Of a stretch of 64,000 nucleotides of DNA, positions 1 to 10,331 are shown piece by piece. The notes under the pieces are model-generated. The model was not told the DNA's origin. It searched no databases and saw nothing but the letters and a program-made list of their open reading frames with translations. The stretch is from Styela clava. Taxonomy: Eukaryota. The stretch is from positions 3,410,001 through 3,474,000 of the forward strand of contig NC_135257.1 in NCBI RefSeq assembly GCF_964204865.1, in the 5' to 3' direction. The position numbers were made by a program, and so were the translations under genes. The first letter of the stretch is position 1, and every line of letters begins with the position of its first letter.

Positions 1-266
1 GTTAGGAGTTATATTTTTCACTGATTTATGTAACAAGAGGTAATTTCAAAGTTACGCGAATGCCGCCACATGTTGGTCACGTCATCATTAATGAAAGTAG
101 GAGGAATATTTGGTACATCTGTGTAATAAATGATTGTTACATAACAGATAATTGTATAATACTATATGCGGCATTAATTTTGAACCAAAATTAATTTTTG
201 TGAGGTCCGCATTTATTGTAACGTTATATTCATTTTGCATATTAGTTATTAATATTTGATAAATTT

Positions 267-499
267 CAGGTAGGAGGTAGAATTTACATATTGATCCGGG
301 AGTGACAAAAGTCGATAAGACGGCTTATGGCGAACCACGGCTTCTCGTCCGGATACCAGTTCATATCGGGTATGCGATTGTTTAGTCTGTTATTGTTTCA
401 GATGCATAGACATAATTAGTGGGGGAAGCCGTAACCGACCAGCGCTTACGTAAAACCACTCTACGGCGTCGGGACCAGCAATCCTCTCGCACCTAATTA
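267..499 (-). mobile_element. SINE-like element, 3' portion (one copy in every array unit)
   Basis: Homologous to the dispersed copy at 12154-12316 (ATTTACATATT...ATGGCGAACCACGG..CTCGTCCGG..TTTCAGATGCA..GGAAGCCGTAA). The minus strand ends in GTAAAT followed by a short CCTA-type repeat tail, as SINE 3' ends do. Confidence 0.7.
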
Positions 500-907
500 C
501 AAGTGCAGTTTTAAGTATTCTGTGGCGTCTGCAGCTGCCGCAAAACCATGGCGTTATTTCCATACCATGGCCGCTACGGCCAAACCTATGGCGACTGACT
601 TTTTAGCTGCCGCAAACCAATGACGAGCTGCCGTTACCGCGGCAGTAAATTGAAAACCAATGGCAGGTGAAATTTTGCTGCCGTTACCGCGGCAGGTGGG
701 TCGTAAAGACAGGGCTGTCTCTTATGGTGACAAATATTGGGTAAGTTGGAACGATTTTCTTATGGATACAGTTTTGGTGGATTTGGGGTTAGGGTTTAAG
801 TAGATATAATTCCGCATGATCAAATAAAATCTGGTACATTAATTGTGAATATATCGTTAATACTGATTACTGAATGGCGCAATAAAACCATGGCAAGAGC
901 TGCCGCG
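500..907. mobile_element. GCTGCCG/CCATGG-rich MITE, truncated at the array junction (repeated in each unit)
   Basis: Same sequence as 7756-8164, with multiple GCTGCCG/CGGCAG subrepeats and an internal GGGTTAGGGTTT. The last ~47 bp seen in the terminal copy are missing. Confidence 0.65.
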
Positions 908-1150
908 TCACATCGTCACGCTAATAACCAAATTGCGCAAGTCAATTTTGACGGTTTTGAGAAAAACAGAAAAAATGATATTTTTATGACATTGAGAGTC
1001 AATAATTTCCCATGGTTCAGTATTTTAGTCGTAGCTGGATTTAAATTAAATTGTATGACGTCGACATGTGACGTCATAATGACACACTGTGACTTACGCA
1101 GAAATGTGCCTATGAATTGGGGACATACGCAATTTTGCAACTTGACTATA
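908..1150. mobile_element. Probable terminal fragment of another DNA transposon (ends ...GCAACTTGACTATA), repeated in each unit
   Basis: Starts abruptly at the array junction, contains the near-palindrome ATGACGTCGACATGTGACGTCAT, and is followed by AT-rich sequence. Family not assignable from this window. Confidence 0.35.
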
Positions 1151-1744
1151 TTCATTAGTCCTTACTTTTAACACTTCTAATACAAGAGAAAAGATTATTT
1201 GGAAATCTATATATTATTAGATTCTTGAACCATTCGATTAGAAATCTTTACCCATGCTCCTGCCAAAACGATTCTCATATCACATTCATTTATTGAATTA
1301 TATTCCTTATTTACCAAAAATATACTAGGCACTGTAGAAAAGTTCTTATGTTCTATAGTCTATATATTTCATTGACTTGCGTCTAAAAATTTTATGAAAT
1401 GATGAAAATTGAGCAAATTAAAAAAATTCTAGGGACAGTCGAATATTTTATGATAATCGGATAATTACAACGACTGCCATATATTCAAATAGTTTTAATC
1501 TTCAGTCGGAAGCAAGACCATTCCACTGAGGGTCAATATCTCCCTCTCGCTGGAAATATTCACAGTACCGAAAAAGTTGTTAACAGCGCTGCGTGGTTTT
1601 CTCTGCGTGTTATTTGGAATGAGTTATCTTTCCGAAGATCATCACTAGCTTGCGCATGGTATTGAATCTTGCAAAGTTTATTCAGACAAATGAAATAGTT
1701 ATTTACTTCCTACTTGTATATATTTTTCGATTGCGTCTAAAATA

Positions 1745-1794
1745 ATCGCGACCGCACAATTCATCTCCGAAGGCCACAAGTTGTGCACCGCTAC
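1745..1794. mobile_element. Degenerate hAT-type MITE end (repeated in each unit)
   Basis: CGCGACCGCACA...GAAGGCCACAAGTTGTGCACCGCTA resembles the CGCGGGCCAC subterminal motifs and terminus of the element at 20281-20775. Confidence 0.35.
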
Positions 1795-4700
1795 TGTTAT
1801 CATATTACTTCTTAGTTAGGAGTTATATTTTTCACTGATTTATGTAACAAGAGGTAATTTCAAAGTTACGCGAATGCCGCCACATGTTGGTCACGTCATC
1901 ATTAATGAAAGTAGGAGGAATATTTGGTACATCTGTGTAATAAATGATTGTTACATAACAGATAATTGTATAATACTATATGCGGCATTAATTTTGAACC
2001 AAAATTAATTTTTGTGAGGTCCGCATTTATTGTAACGTTATATTCATTTTGCATATTAGTTATTAATATTTGATAAATTTCAGGTAGGAGGTAGAATTTA
2101 CATATTGATCCGGGAGTGACAAAAGTCGATAAGACGGCTTATGGCGAACCACGGCTTCTCGTCCGGATACCAGTTCATATCGGGTATGCGATTGTTTAGT
2201 CTGTTATTGTTTCAGATGCATAGACATAATTAGTGGGGGAAGCCGTAACCGACCAGCGCTTACGTAAAACCACTCTACGGCGTCGGGACCAGCAATCCTC
2301 TCGCACCTAATTACAAGTGCAGTTTTAAGTATTCTGTGGCGTCTGCAGCTGCCGCAAAACCATGGCGTTATTTCCATACCATGGCCGCTACGGCCAAACC
2401 TATGGCGACTGACTTTTTAGCTGCCGCAAACCAATGACGAGCTGCCGTTACCGCGGCAGTAAATTGAAAACCAATGGCAGGTGAAATTTTGCTGCCGTTA
2501 CCGCGGCAGGTGGGTCGTAAAGACAGGGCTGTCTCTTATGGTGACAAATATTGGGTAAGTTGGAACGATTTTCTTATGGATACAGTTTTGGTGGATTTGG
2601 GGTTAGGGTTTAAGTAGATATAATTCCGCATGATCAAATAAAATCTGGTACATTAATTGTGAATATATCGTTAATACTGATTACTGAATGGCGCAATAAA
2701 ACCATGGCAAGAGCTGCCGCGTCACATCGTCACGCTAATAACCAAATTGCGCAAGTCAATTTTGACGGTTTTGAGAAAAACAGAAAAAAATGATATTTTT
2801 ATGCCATTGAGAGTCAATAATTTCCCATGGTTCAGTATTTTAGTCGTAGCCGGATTTCAATTAAATTGTATAACGTCGACATGTGACGTCATAATGACAC
2901 ACTGTGACTTACGCAGAAATGTGCCTATGACTTGGGGACATACGCAATTTTGCAACTTGACTATATTCATTAGTCCTTACTTTTAACACTTCTAATACAA
3001 GAGAAAAGATTATTTGGAAATCTATATATTATTAGATTCTTGAACCACTCGATTAGAAATCTTTACCCATGCTCCTGCCAAAACGATTCTCATATCACAT
3101 TCATTTATTGAATTATATTCCTTATTTACCAAAAATATACTAGGCACTGTAGAAAAGTTCTTATGTTCTATAGTCTATATATTTCATTGACTTGCGTCTA
3201 AAAATTTTATGAAATGATGAAAATTGAGCAAATTAAAAAAATTCTAGGGACAGTCGAATATTTTATGATAATCGGATAATTACAACGACTGCCATATATT
3301 CAAATAGTTTTAATCTTCAGTCGGAAGCAAGACCATTCCACTGAGGGTCAATATCTCCCTCTCGCTGGAAATATTCACAGTACCGAAAAAGTTGTTAACA
3401 GCGCTGCGTGGTTTTCTCTGCGTGTTATTTGGAATGAGTTATCTTTCCGAAGATCATCACTAGCTTGCGCATGGTATTGAATCTTGCAAAGTTTATTCAG
3501 ACAAATGAAATAGTTATTTACTTCCTACTTGTATATATTTTTCGATTGCGTCTAAAATAATCGCGACCGCACAATTCATCTCCGAAGGCCACAAGTTGTG
3601 CACCGCTACTGTTATCATATTACTTCTTAGTTAGGAGTTATATTTTTCACTGATTTATGTAACAAGAGGTAATTTCAAAGTTACGCGAATGCCGCCACAT
3701 GTTGGTCACGTCATCATTAATGAAAGTAGGAGGAATATTTGGTACATCTGTGTAATAAATGATTGTTACATAACAGATAATTGTATAATACTATATGCGG
3801 CATTAATTTTGAACCAAAATTAATTTTTGTGAGGTCCGCATTTATTGTAACGTTATATTCATTTTGCATATTAGTTATTAATATTTGATAAATTTCAGGT
3901 AGGAGGTAGAATTTACATATTGATCCGGGAGTGACAAAAGTCGATAAGACGGCTTATGGCGAACCACGGCTTCTCGTCCGGATACCAGTTCATATCGGGT
4001 ATGCGATTGTTTAGTCTGTTATTGTTTCAGATGCATAGACATAATTAGTGGGGGAAGCCGTAACCGACCAGCGCTTACGTAAAACCACTCTACGGCGTCG
4101 GGACCAGCAATCCTCTCGCACCTAATTACAAGTGCAGTTTTAAGTATTCTGTGGCGTCTGCAGCTGCCGCAAAACCATGGCGTTATTTCCATACCATGGC
4201 CGCTACGGCCAAACCTATGGCGACTGACTTTTTAGCTGCCGCAAACCAATGACGAGCTGCCGTTACCGCGGCAGTAAATTGAAAACCAATGGCAGGTGAA
4301 ATTTTGCTGCCGTTACCGAGGCAGGTGGGTCGTAAAGACAGGGCTGTCTCTTATGGTGACAAATATTGGGTAAGTTGGAACGATTTTCTTATGGATACAG
4401 TTTTGGTGGATTTGGGGTTAGGGTTTAAGTAGATATAATTCCGCATGATCAAATAAAATCTGGTACATTAATTGTGAATATATCGTTAATACTGATTACT
4501 GAATGGCGCAATAAAACCATGGCAAGAGCTGCCGCGTCACATCGTCACGCTAATAACCAAATTGCGCAAGTCAATTTTGACGGTTTTGAGAAAAACAGAA
4601 AAAATGATATTTTTATGACATTGAGAGTCAATAATTTCCCATGGTTCAGTATTTTAGTCGTAGCTGGATTTAAATTAAATTGTATGACGTCGACATGTGA

Positions 4701-7700
4701 CGTCATAATGACACACTGTGACTTACGCAGAAATGTGCCTATGAATTGGGGACATACGCAATTTTGCAACTTGACTATATTCATTAGTCCTTACTTTTAA
4801 CACTTCTAATACAAGAGAAAAGATTATTTGGAAATCTATATATTATTAGATTCTTGAACCATTCGATTAGAAATCTTTACCCATGCTCCTGCCAAAACGA
4901 TTCTCATATCACATTCATTTATTGAATTATATTCCTTATTTACCAAAAATATACTAGGCACTGTAGAAAAGTTCTTATGTTCTATAGTCTATATATTTCA
5001 TTGACTTGCGTCTAAAAATTTTATGAAATGATGAAAATTGAGCAAATTAAAAAAATTCTAGGGACAGTCGAATATTTTATGATAATCGGATAATTACAAC
5101 GACTGCCATATATTCAAATAGTTTTAATCTTCAGTCGGAAGCAAGACCATTCCACTGAGGGTCAATATCTCCCTCTCGCTGGAAATATTCACAGTACCGA
5201 AAAAGTTGTTAACAGCGCTGCGTGGTTTTCTCTGCGTGTTATTTGGAATGAGTTATCTTTCCGAAGATCATCACTAGCTTGCGCATGGTATTGAATCTTG
5301 CAAAGTTTATTCAGACAAATGAAATAGTTATTTACTTCCTACTTGTATATATTTTTCGATTGCGTCTAAAATAATCGCGACCGCACAATTCATCTCCGAA
5401 GGCCACAAGTTGTGCACCGCTACTGTTATCATATTACTTCTTAGTTAGGAGTTATATTTTTCACTGATTTATGTAACAAGAGGTAATTTCAAAGTTACGC
5501 GAATGCCGCCACATGTTGGTCACGTCATCATTAATGAAAGTAGGAGGAATATTTGGTACATCTGTGTAATAAATGATTGTTACATAACAGATAATTGTAT
5601 AATACTATATGCGGCATTAATTTTGAACCAAAATTAATTTTTGTGAGGTCCGCATTTATTGTAACGTTATATTCATTTTGCATATTAGTTATTAATATTT
5701 GATAAATTTCAGGTAGGAGGTAGAATTTACATATTGATCCGGGAGTGACAAAAGTCGATAAGACGGCTTATGGCGAACCACGGCTTCTCGTCCGGATACC
5801 AGTTCATATCGGGTATGCGATTGTTTAGTCTGTTATTGTTTCAGATGCATAGACATAATTAGTGGGGGAAGCCGTAACCGACCAGCGCTTACGTAAAACC
5901 ACTCTACGGCGTCGGGACCAGCAATCCTCTCGCACCTAATTACAAGTGCAGTTTTAAGTATTCTGTGGCGTCTGCAGCTGCCGCAAAACCATGGCGTTAT
6001 TTCCATACCATGGCCGCTACGGCCAAACCTATGGCGACTGACTTTTTAGCTGCCGCAAACCAATGACGAGCTGCCGTTACCGCGGCAGTAAATTGAAAAC
6101 CAATGGCAGGTGAAATTTTGCTGCCGTTACCGCGGCAGGTGGGTCGTAAAGACAGGGCTGTCTCTTATGGTGACAAATATTGGGTAAGTTGGAACGATTT
6201 TCTTATGGATACAGTTTTGGTGGATTTGGGGTTAGGGTTTAAGTAGATATAATTCCGCATGATCAAATAAAATCTGGTACATTAATTGTGAATATATCGT
6301 TAATACTGATTACTGAATGGCGCAATAAAACCATGGCAAGAGCTGCCGCGTCACATCGTCACGCTAATAACCAAATTGCGCAAGTCAATTTTGACGGTTT
6401 TGAGAAAAACAGAAAAAATGATATTTTTATGACATTGAGAGTCAATAATTTCCCATGGTTCAGTATTTTAGTCGTAGCTGGATTTAAATTAAATTGTATG
6501 ACGTCGACATGTGACGTCATAATGACACACTGTGACTTACGCAGAAATGTGCCTATGAATTGGGGACATACGCAATTTTGCAACTTGACTATATTCATTA
6601 GTCCTTACTTTTAACACTTCTAATACAAGAGAAAAGATTATTTGGAAATCTATATATTATTAGATTCTTGAACCATTCGATTAGAAATCTTTACCCATGC
6701 TCCTGCCAAAACGATTTTCATATCACATTCATTTATTGAATTATATTCCTTATTTACCAAAAATCTACTAGGCACTGTAGAAAAGTTCTTATGTTCTATA
6801 GTCTATATATTTCATTGACTTGCGTCTAAAAATTTTATGAAATGATGAAAATTGAGCAAATTAAAAAAATTCTAGGGACAGTCGAATATTTTATGATAAT
6901 CGGATAATTACAACGACTGCCATATATTCAAATAGTTTTAATCTTCAGTCGGAAGCAAGACCATTCCACTGAGGGTCAATATCTCCCTCTCGCTGGAAAT
7001 ATTCACAGTACCGAAAAAGTTGTTAACAGCGCTGCGTGGTTTTCTCTGCGTGTTATTTGGAATGAGTTATCTTTCCGAAGATCATCACTAGCTCGCGCAT
7101 GGTATTGAATCTTGCAAAGTTTATTCAGACAAATGAAATAGTTATTTACTTCCTACTTGTATATATTTTTCGATTGCGTCTAAAATAATCGCGACCGCAC
7201 AATTCATCTCCGAAGGCCACAAGTTGTGCACCGCTACTGTTATCATATTACTTCTTAGTTAGGAGTTATATTTTTCACTGACTTATGTAACAATAGGTAA
7301 TTTCAAAGTTACGCGAATGCCGCCACATGTTGGTCACGTCATCATTAATGAAAAGTAGGAGGAATATTTGGTACATCTGTCTAATAAATGATTGTTACAT
7401 AACAGATAATTGTATAATACTATATGCGGCATTAATTTTGAACCCAAATTAATTTTTGTGAGGTCCGCATTTATTGTAACGTTATATTCATTTTGCATAT
7501 TAGTTATTAATATTTGATAAATTTCAGGTAGGAGGTAGAATTTACATATTGATCCGGGAGAGACAAAAGTCGATAAGACAACTTATGGCGAACCATGGCT
7601 TCTCGTCCGGATACCAGTCCATGTCGGGTATGCAATTATTTAGTCTGTTTTTGTTTCAGATGCATAGACTAAATAGTGGGGGAAGCCGTAACCGACCAGC

Positions 7701-7755
7701 GCTACGTAAAACCACTCTACGGCGTCGGGACCAGCAACCCTCTCGCACCTAATTA

Positions 7756-8211
7756 CAAGTGCAGTTTTAAGTATTCTGTGGCGTCTGCAGCTGCCGCAAA
7801 ATCATGGCGGTATTTCCATACCATGGCCGCTACGGCCAAACCTATGGCGACTGACTTTTTAGCTGCCGCAAACCAATGACGAGCTGCCGTTACCGCGGCA
7901 GCAAATTGAATACCAATGGCAGGTGAAATTTTGCTGCCGTTACCGCGGCAGGTGGGTCGTAAAGACAGGGCTGTCCCTTATGGTGACAAATATTGGGTAA
8001 GTTGGAACGTTTTTCTTATGGATACAGTTTTGGTTGATTTGGGGTTAGGGTTTAAGTAGATATAATTCCGCATGATCAAATTAAATCTGGTACAATAATT
8101 TGTGAATATATCGTTAATACTGATTACTGAATGGCGGAATAAAACCATGGCAAGAGCTGCCGCGCTTCGTTCGTGGCAGGAGCTGCCATGGAGTGGTGAG
8201 AATTGCGCCTC
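7756..8211. mobile_element. Full-length copy of the GCTGCCG-rich MITE, inserted into the SINE
   Basis: Degenerate terminal inverted repeats: AAGTGCAGTTTT versus reverse complement AGGCGCAATTCT, with all four mismatches transitions. Flanking direct repeat CCTAATTA (7748-7755) / CTTAATTA (8212-8219) is TSD-like. Confidence 0.6.
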
Positions 8212-8445
8212 CTTAATTATCCCCATGGATGCGCCACACCGCCGAGCCTTCAAACTCTGGTTCGACTTATAATTAATATGCTTATGTTTGCTACTTCCTC
8301 TTGTTCCTCGTCCATGATGATTACTGACATCGGTGAAATAAACCCACCCGAAGCGGCTTGGCTGCTGTCGTACACACAGCAAAATAAAATAATAAAACTA
8401 AAGATCTGAACTGGTGAAACGTTAAACCGATAACTAGACTCACTG

Positions 8446-8924
8446 CAGTGTTCTTCAACCTCTTTTATCGCGGTATACCTTTTACAATATTTCAAGAATT
8501 TTGTATACCTTACAAATACCAATGTTTATTTAAGGCTTAAATAAAGATTAAATTTTAAGCACATATCGTACTGCAATATCATCATGCAATCTAATAGGCT
8601 AAGGTCCGCAAGTTAAAAATTTGACTGACGGCCTTGACGTCAACGGGAATACTGTTCAACGTAAATCAAACGAAGTGCATGGCAGCCGAAATGACCAACC
8701 CAGACACGTGACCGCACTATCTATAAAATTTGTGATGTAACAATGTGCTCATGTCGGTTCTTTGCGTAAATGGCATTTTATATTTCATGTGCGCCGCGTT
8801 TGCATTGTTGTTTCCGCTTGAATATTTTATAATTCCTTCGTATACCCTTTATCAGTTGTATACCCAACTCATGGTCTGGTATACATTTGGGTATACCGTA
8901 TACCCGGTTGAAGAGCATGCACTG
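8446..8924. mobile_element. Non-autonomous hAT-like MITE
   Basis: TIRs CAGTGTTCTTCAACC ... GGTTGAAGAGCA(TG)CACTG, GGTATACC subterminal repeats at both ends, and nearby AACTAGAC/AACTAGAG 8-mers that resemble a hAT TSD. Ends are approximate. Confidence 0.7.
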
Positions 8925-9193
8925 AACTAGAGAACCCCATGATACCGCGAAACAAGCCAGTCTTGGAAAATACTCGAAAGATAGTGAAACAGGTAAAGTG
9001 GCAGCGAGAGCTCAGAAAGAAGGCACCAGCGACAAGCCCCTCATTTTATGGTGGTGTCTCACGACGCGCGATATTTCAACATAAGCAAATATGACAATGA
9101 ACGAAAGCTGGGTATATTTGAACGTCGTTTGTTTTGTAACTCTTATTTTGATGTAGAATCAACATAGAGACAAAACATTTTAAAAAATACAGT

Positions 9194-9199
9194 TTTATT
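9194..9199 (-). terminator. Candidate polyadenylation signal (AATAAA) of the pseudo-caspase gene
   Basis: TTTATT on plus, ~170 nt downstream of the TAA stop at 9366-9368 on the minus strand. Confidence 0.4.
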
Positions 9200-9365
9200 G
9201 ATGAAACTAAAACTCTAGCTGTAATCTATACGAGTATATATATATATATATATCTTTTTATAGAGAGCTATATACACATAAATCTAGTTTAAACGTTAAA
9301 CATAGAAGCTATGCTATACAGAGTGGTAAGGAAAAATTTGTCCACATTAGCAGAATCATATACAA

Positions 9366-10331
9366 TTATAATCCGGGCATCAGATACACTTTTTTCTTCA
9401 GAGAGTGATCAATAAATATATCAACTTCTGTTTCCTCTACCTCTGGTTTTGCTTGTGTCGGTGACATTCTTGTTTTGGGTGCCATAGCAACCTCTTCTTT
9501 CACATATTCCAGAACACTGAGAAAATCTTTGTAACTTGCCTGTTCCATAATCGTGCTAATTAAAACTTGAACATGCCAGGGTAACTTATCCCGATTTGGT
9601 GTTGCAGTTCCTCCGAACGTTGGAGCCGCCTTCGCTCCTCCACCATGCTGATGCATTATACGGACTAACAGTATATCATCGCCGTATTCGGACACATCAA
9701 TCGGCTCGGGCTGGAATGAATCTTGAGACGAATCTTCCGAATTGAAAGAGGAGAAACGATTGTTTGTCTTCCTTTTATTCTTTTGTGTATGTTGGTCTAT
9801 TATTGGCGGACTGGGATCGTGCTCAGTTACGCGAAGCATGAAAATAAATACCTTCGGCTTTTCCACCAGTGCCGGGCATCCGGAATGACTGAAATATTTC
9901 AAGTAAGATGTAGTCGAAATTCTTGCTTTTGTGTCTTCCGTACCGAGTAATCGACCATATTCATCGGATTGAGAAGATACGAGCACGAATAACGAATTGA
10001 GGTTGCAAGCGAATGTGTGATACTGATCAGACATAGCCGCCATATTGCGATGCATGGCATCGTTACTCAATTGGAAACGTGACATAATGTAAAACCCGAG
10101 TTGGGCATAAAGAGACGTCAAGCATTTTACCACAGTATTCGCCCGTTCTGACGTTGCTTCAAGTTGATCGACAGGTCTGGTAGAAGACAAGGGAGAAAAG
10201 TCTTGCGCGAGAGTAATTGATCTGGGCGAAACAGGTGAGTATTTTTCATCATCATTATTGATGATCATTGCTACCCCCTTCGGTTGGGACATCTGGTATG
10301 CATCTTCGGTTAAAGCTTTATCGGCAGAAAC
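9366..10331 (-). CDS. Terminal exon encoding the entire caspase-like p20+p10 domain (pseudo-enzyme)
   Basis: Acceptor TTTACAG|GTT at 10331, in frame with the 308-aa ORF. The SHG motif position reads VSSQS and the QACxG position reads FMLRV. Confidence 0.85.
   Translation of the reverse strand, partial: VSADKALTEDAYQMSQPKGVAMIINNDDEKYSPVSPRSITLAQDFSPLSSTRPVDQLEATSERANTVVKCLTSLYAQLGFYIMSRFQLSNDAMHRNMAAMSDQYHTFACNLNSLFVLVSSQSDEYGRLLGTEDTKARISTTSYLKYFSHSGCPALVEKPKVFIFMLRVTEHDPSPPIIDQHTQKNKRKTNNRFSSFNSEDSSQDSFQPEPIDVSEYGDDILLVRIMHQHGGGAKAAPTFGGTATPNRDKLPWHVQVLISTIMEQASYKDFLSVLEYVKEEVAMAPKTRMSPTQAKPEVEETEVDIFIDHSLKKKVYLMPGL

Larger units (their letters stand above)
1..8164. repeat. Tandem array (macrosatellite) of ~1,814-bp units; 4 full copies plus a diverged 907-bp terminal partial copy; probably continues left of the window
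   Basis: GTTAGGAGTTATATTTTTCACTG restarts at 1, 1815, 3630, 5444 and 7258 (periods 1814/1815/1814/1814). Homology ends after ...GCAAGAGCTGCCGCG at 8164. The repeated ORFs in the track (845, 4474, 6288) confirm the period. Confidence 0.98.

Noticed and set aside
785-798. GGGTTAGGGTTT as a telomeric repeat or telomerase-RNA template
   Set aside because: Only ~1.5 repeats, embedded in a MITE; a similar motif occurs near 46426.
845-1171. 108-aa ORF and antisense 79-aa ORF repeated in array units
   Set aside because: The 108-aa ORF has a non-ATG start, spans a junction of two TE fragments and is frameshifted in unit 2. Neither ORF resembles a known protein.
1330-1362. Minus-strand AGACTATA-N13-TTTCTACAGTG resembling the U3 snoRNA 5' end
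   Set aside because: Box A is not conserved, and the other U3-like word (GAAAACCACG) lies on the wrong side; likely a chance hairpin.
1-8164. Array as an rDNA, 5S, snRNA, spliced-leader or histone gene cluster, or a CRISPR-like array
   Set aside because: No recognisable RNA-gene or histone sequence in the unit and no repeat-spacer structure; units are identical end to end.
8250-8400. Minus-strand ORF segment containing MDEEQEEV
   Set aside because: Short, no convincing splice partners, and wedged between TE remnants.
9235-9253. (TA)n microsatellites (also ~21223 and ~62333)
   Set aside because: Short and ordinary for an AT-rich genome.
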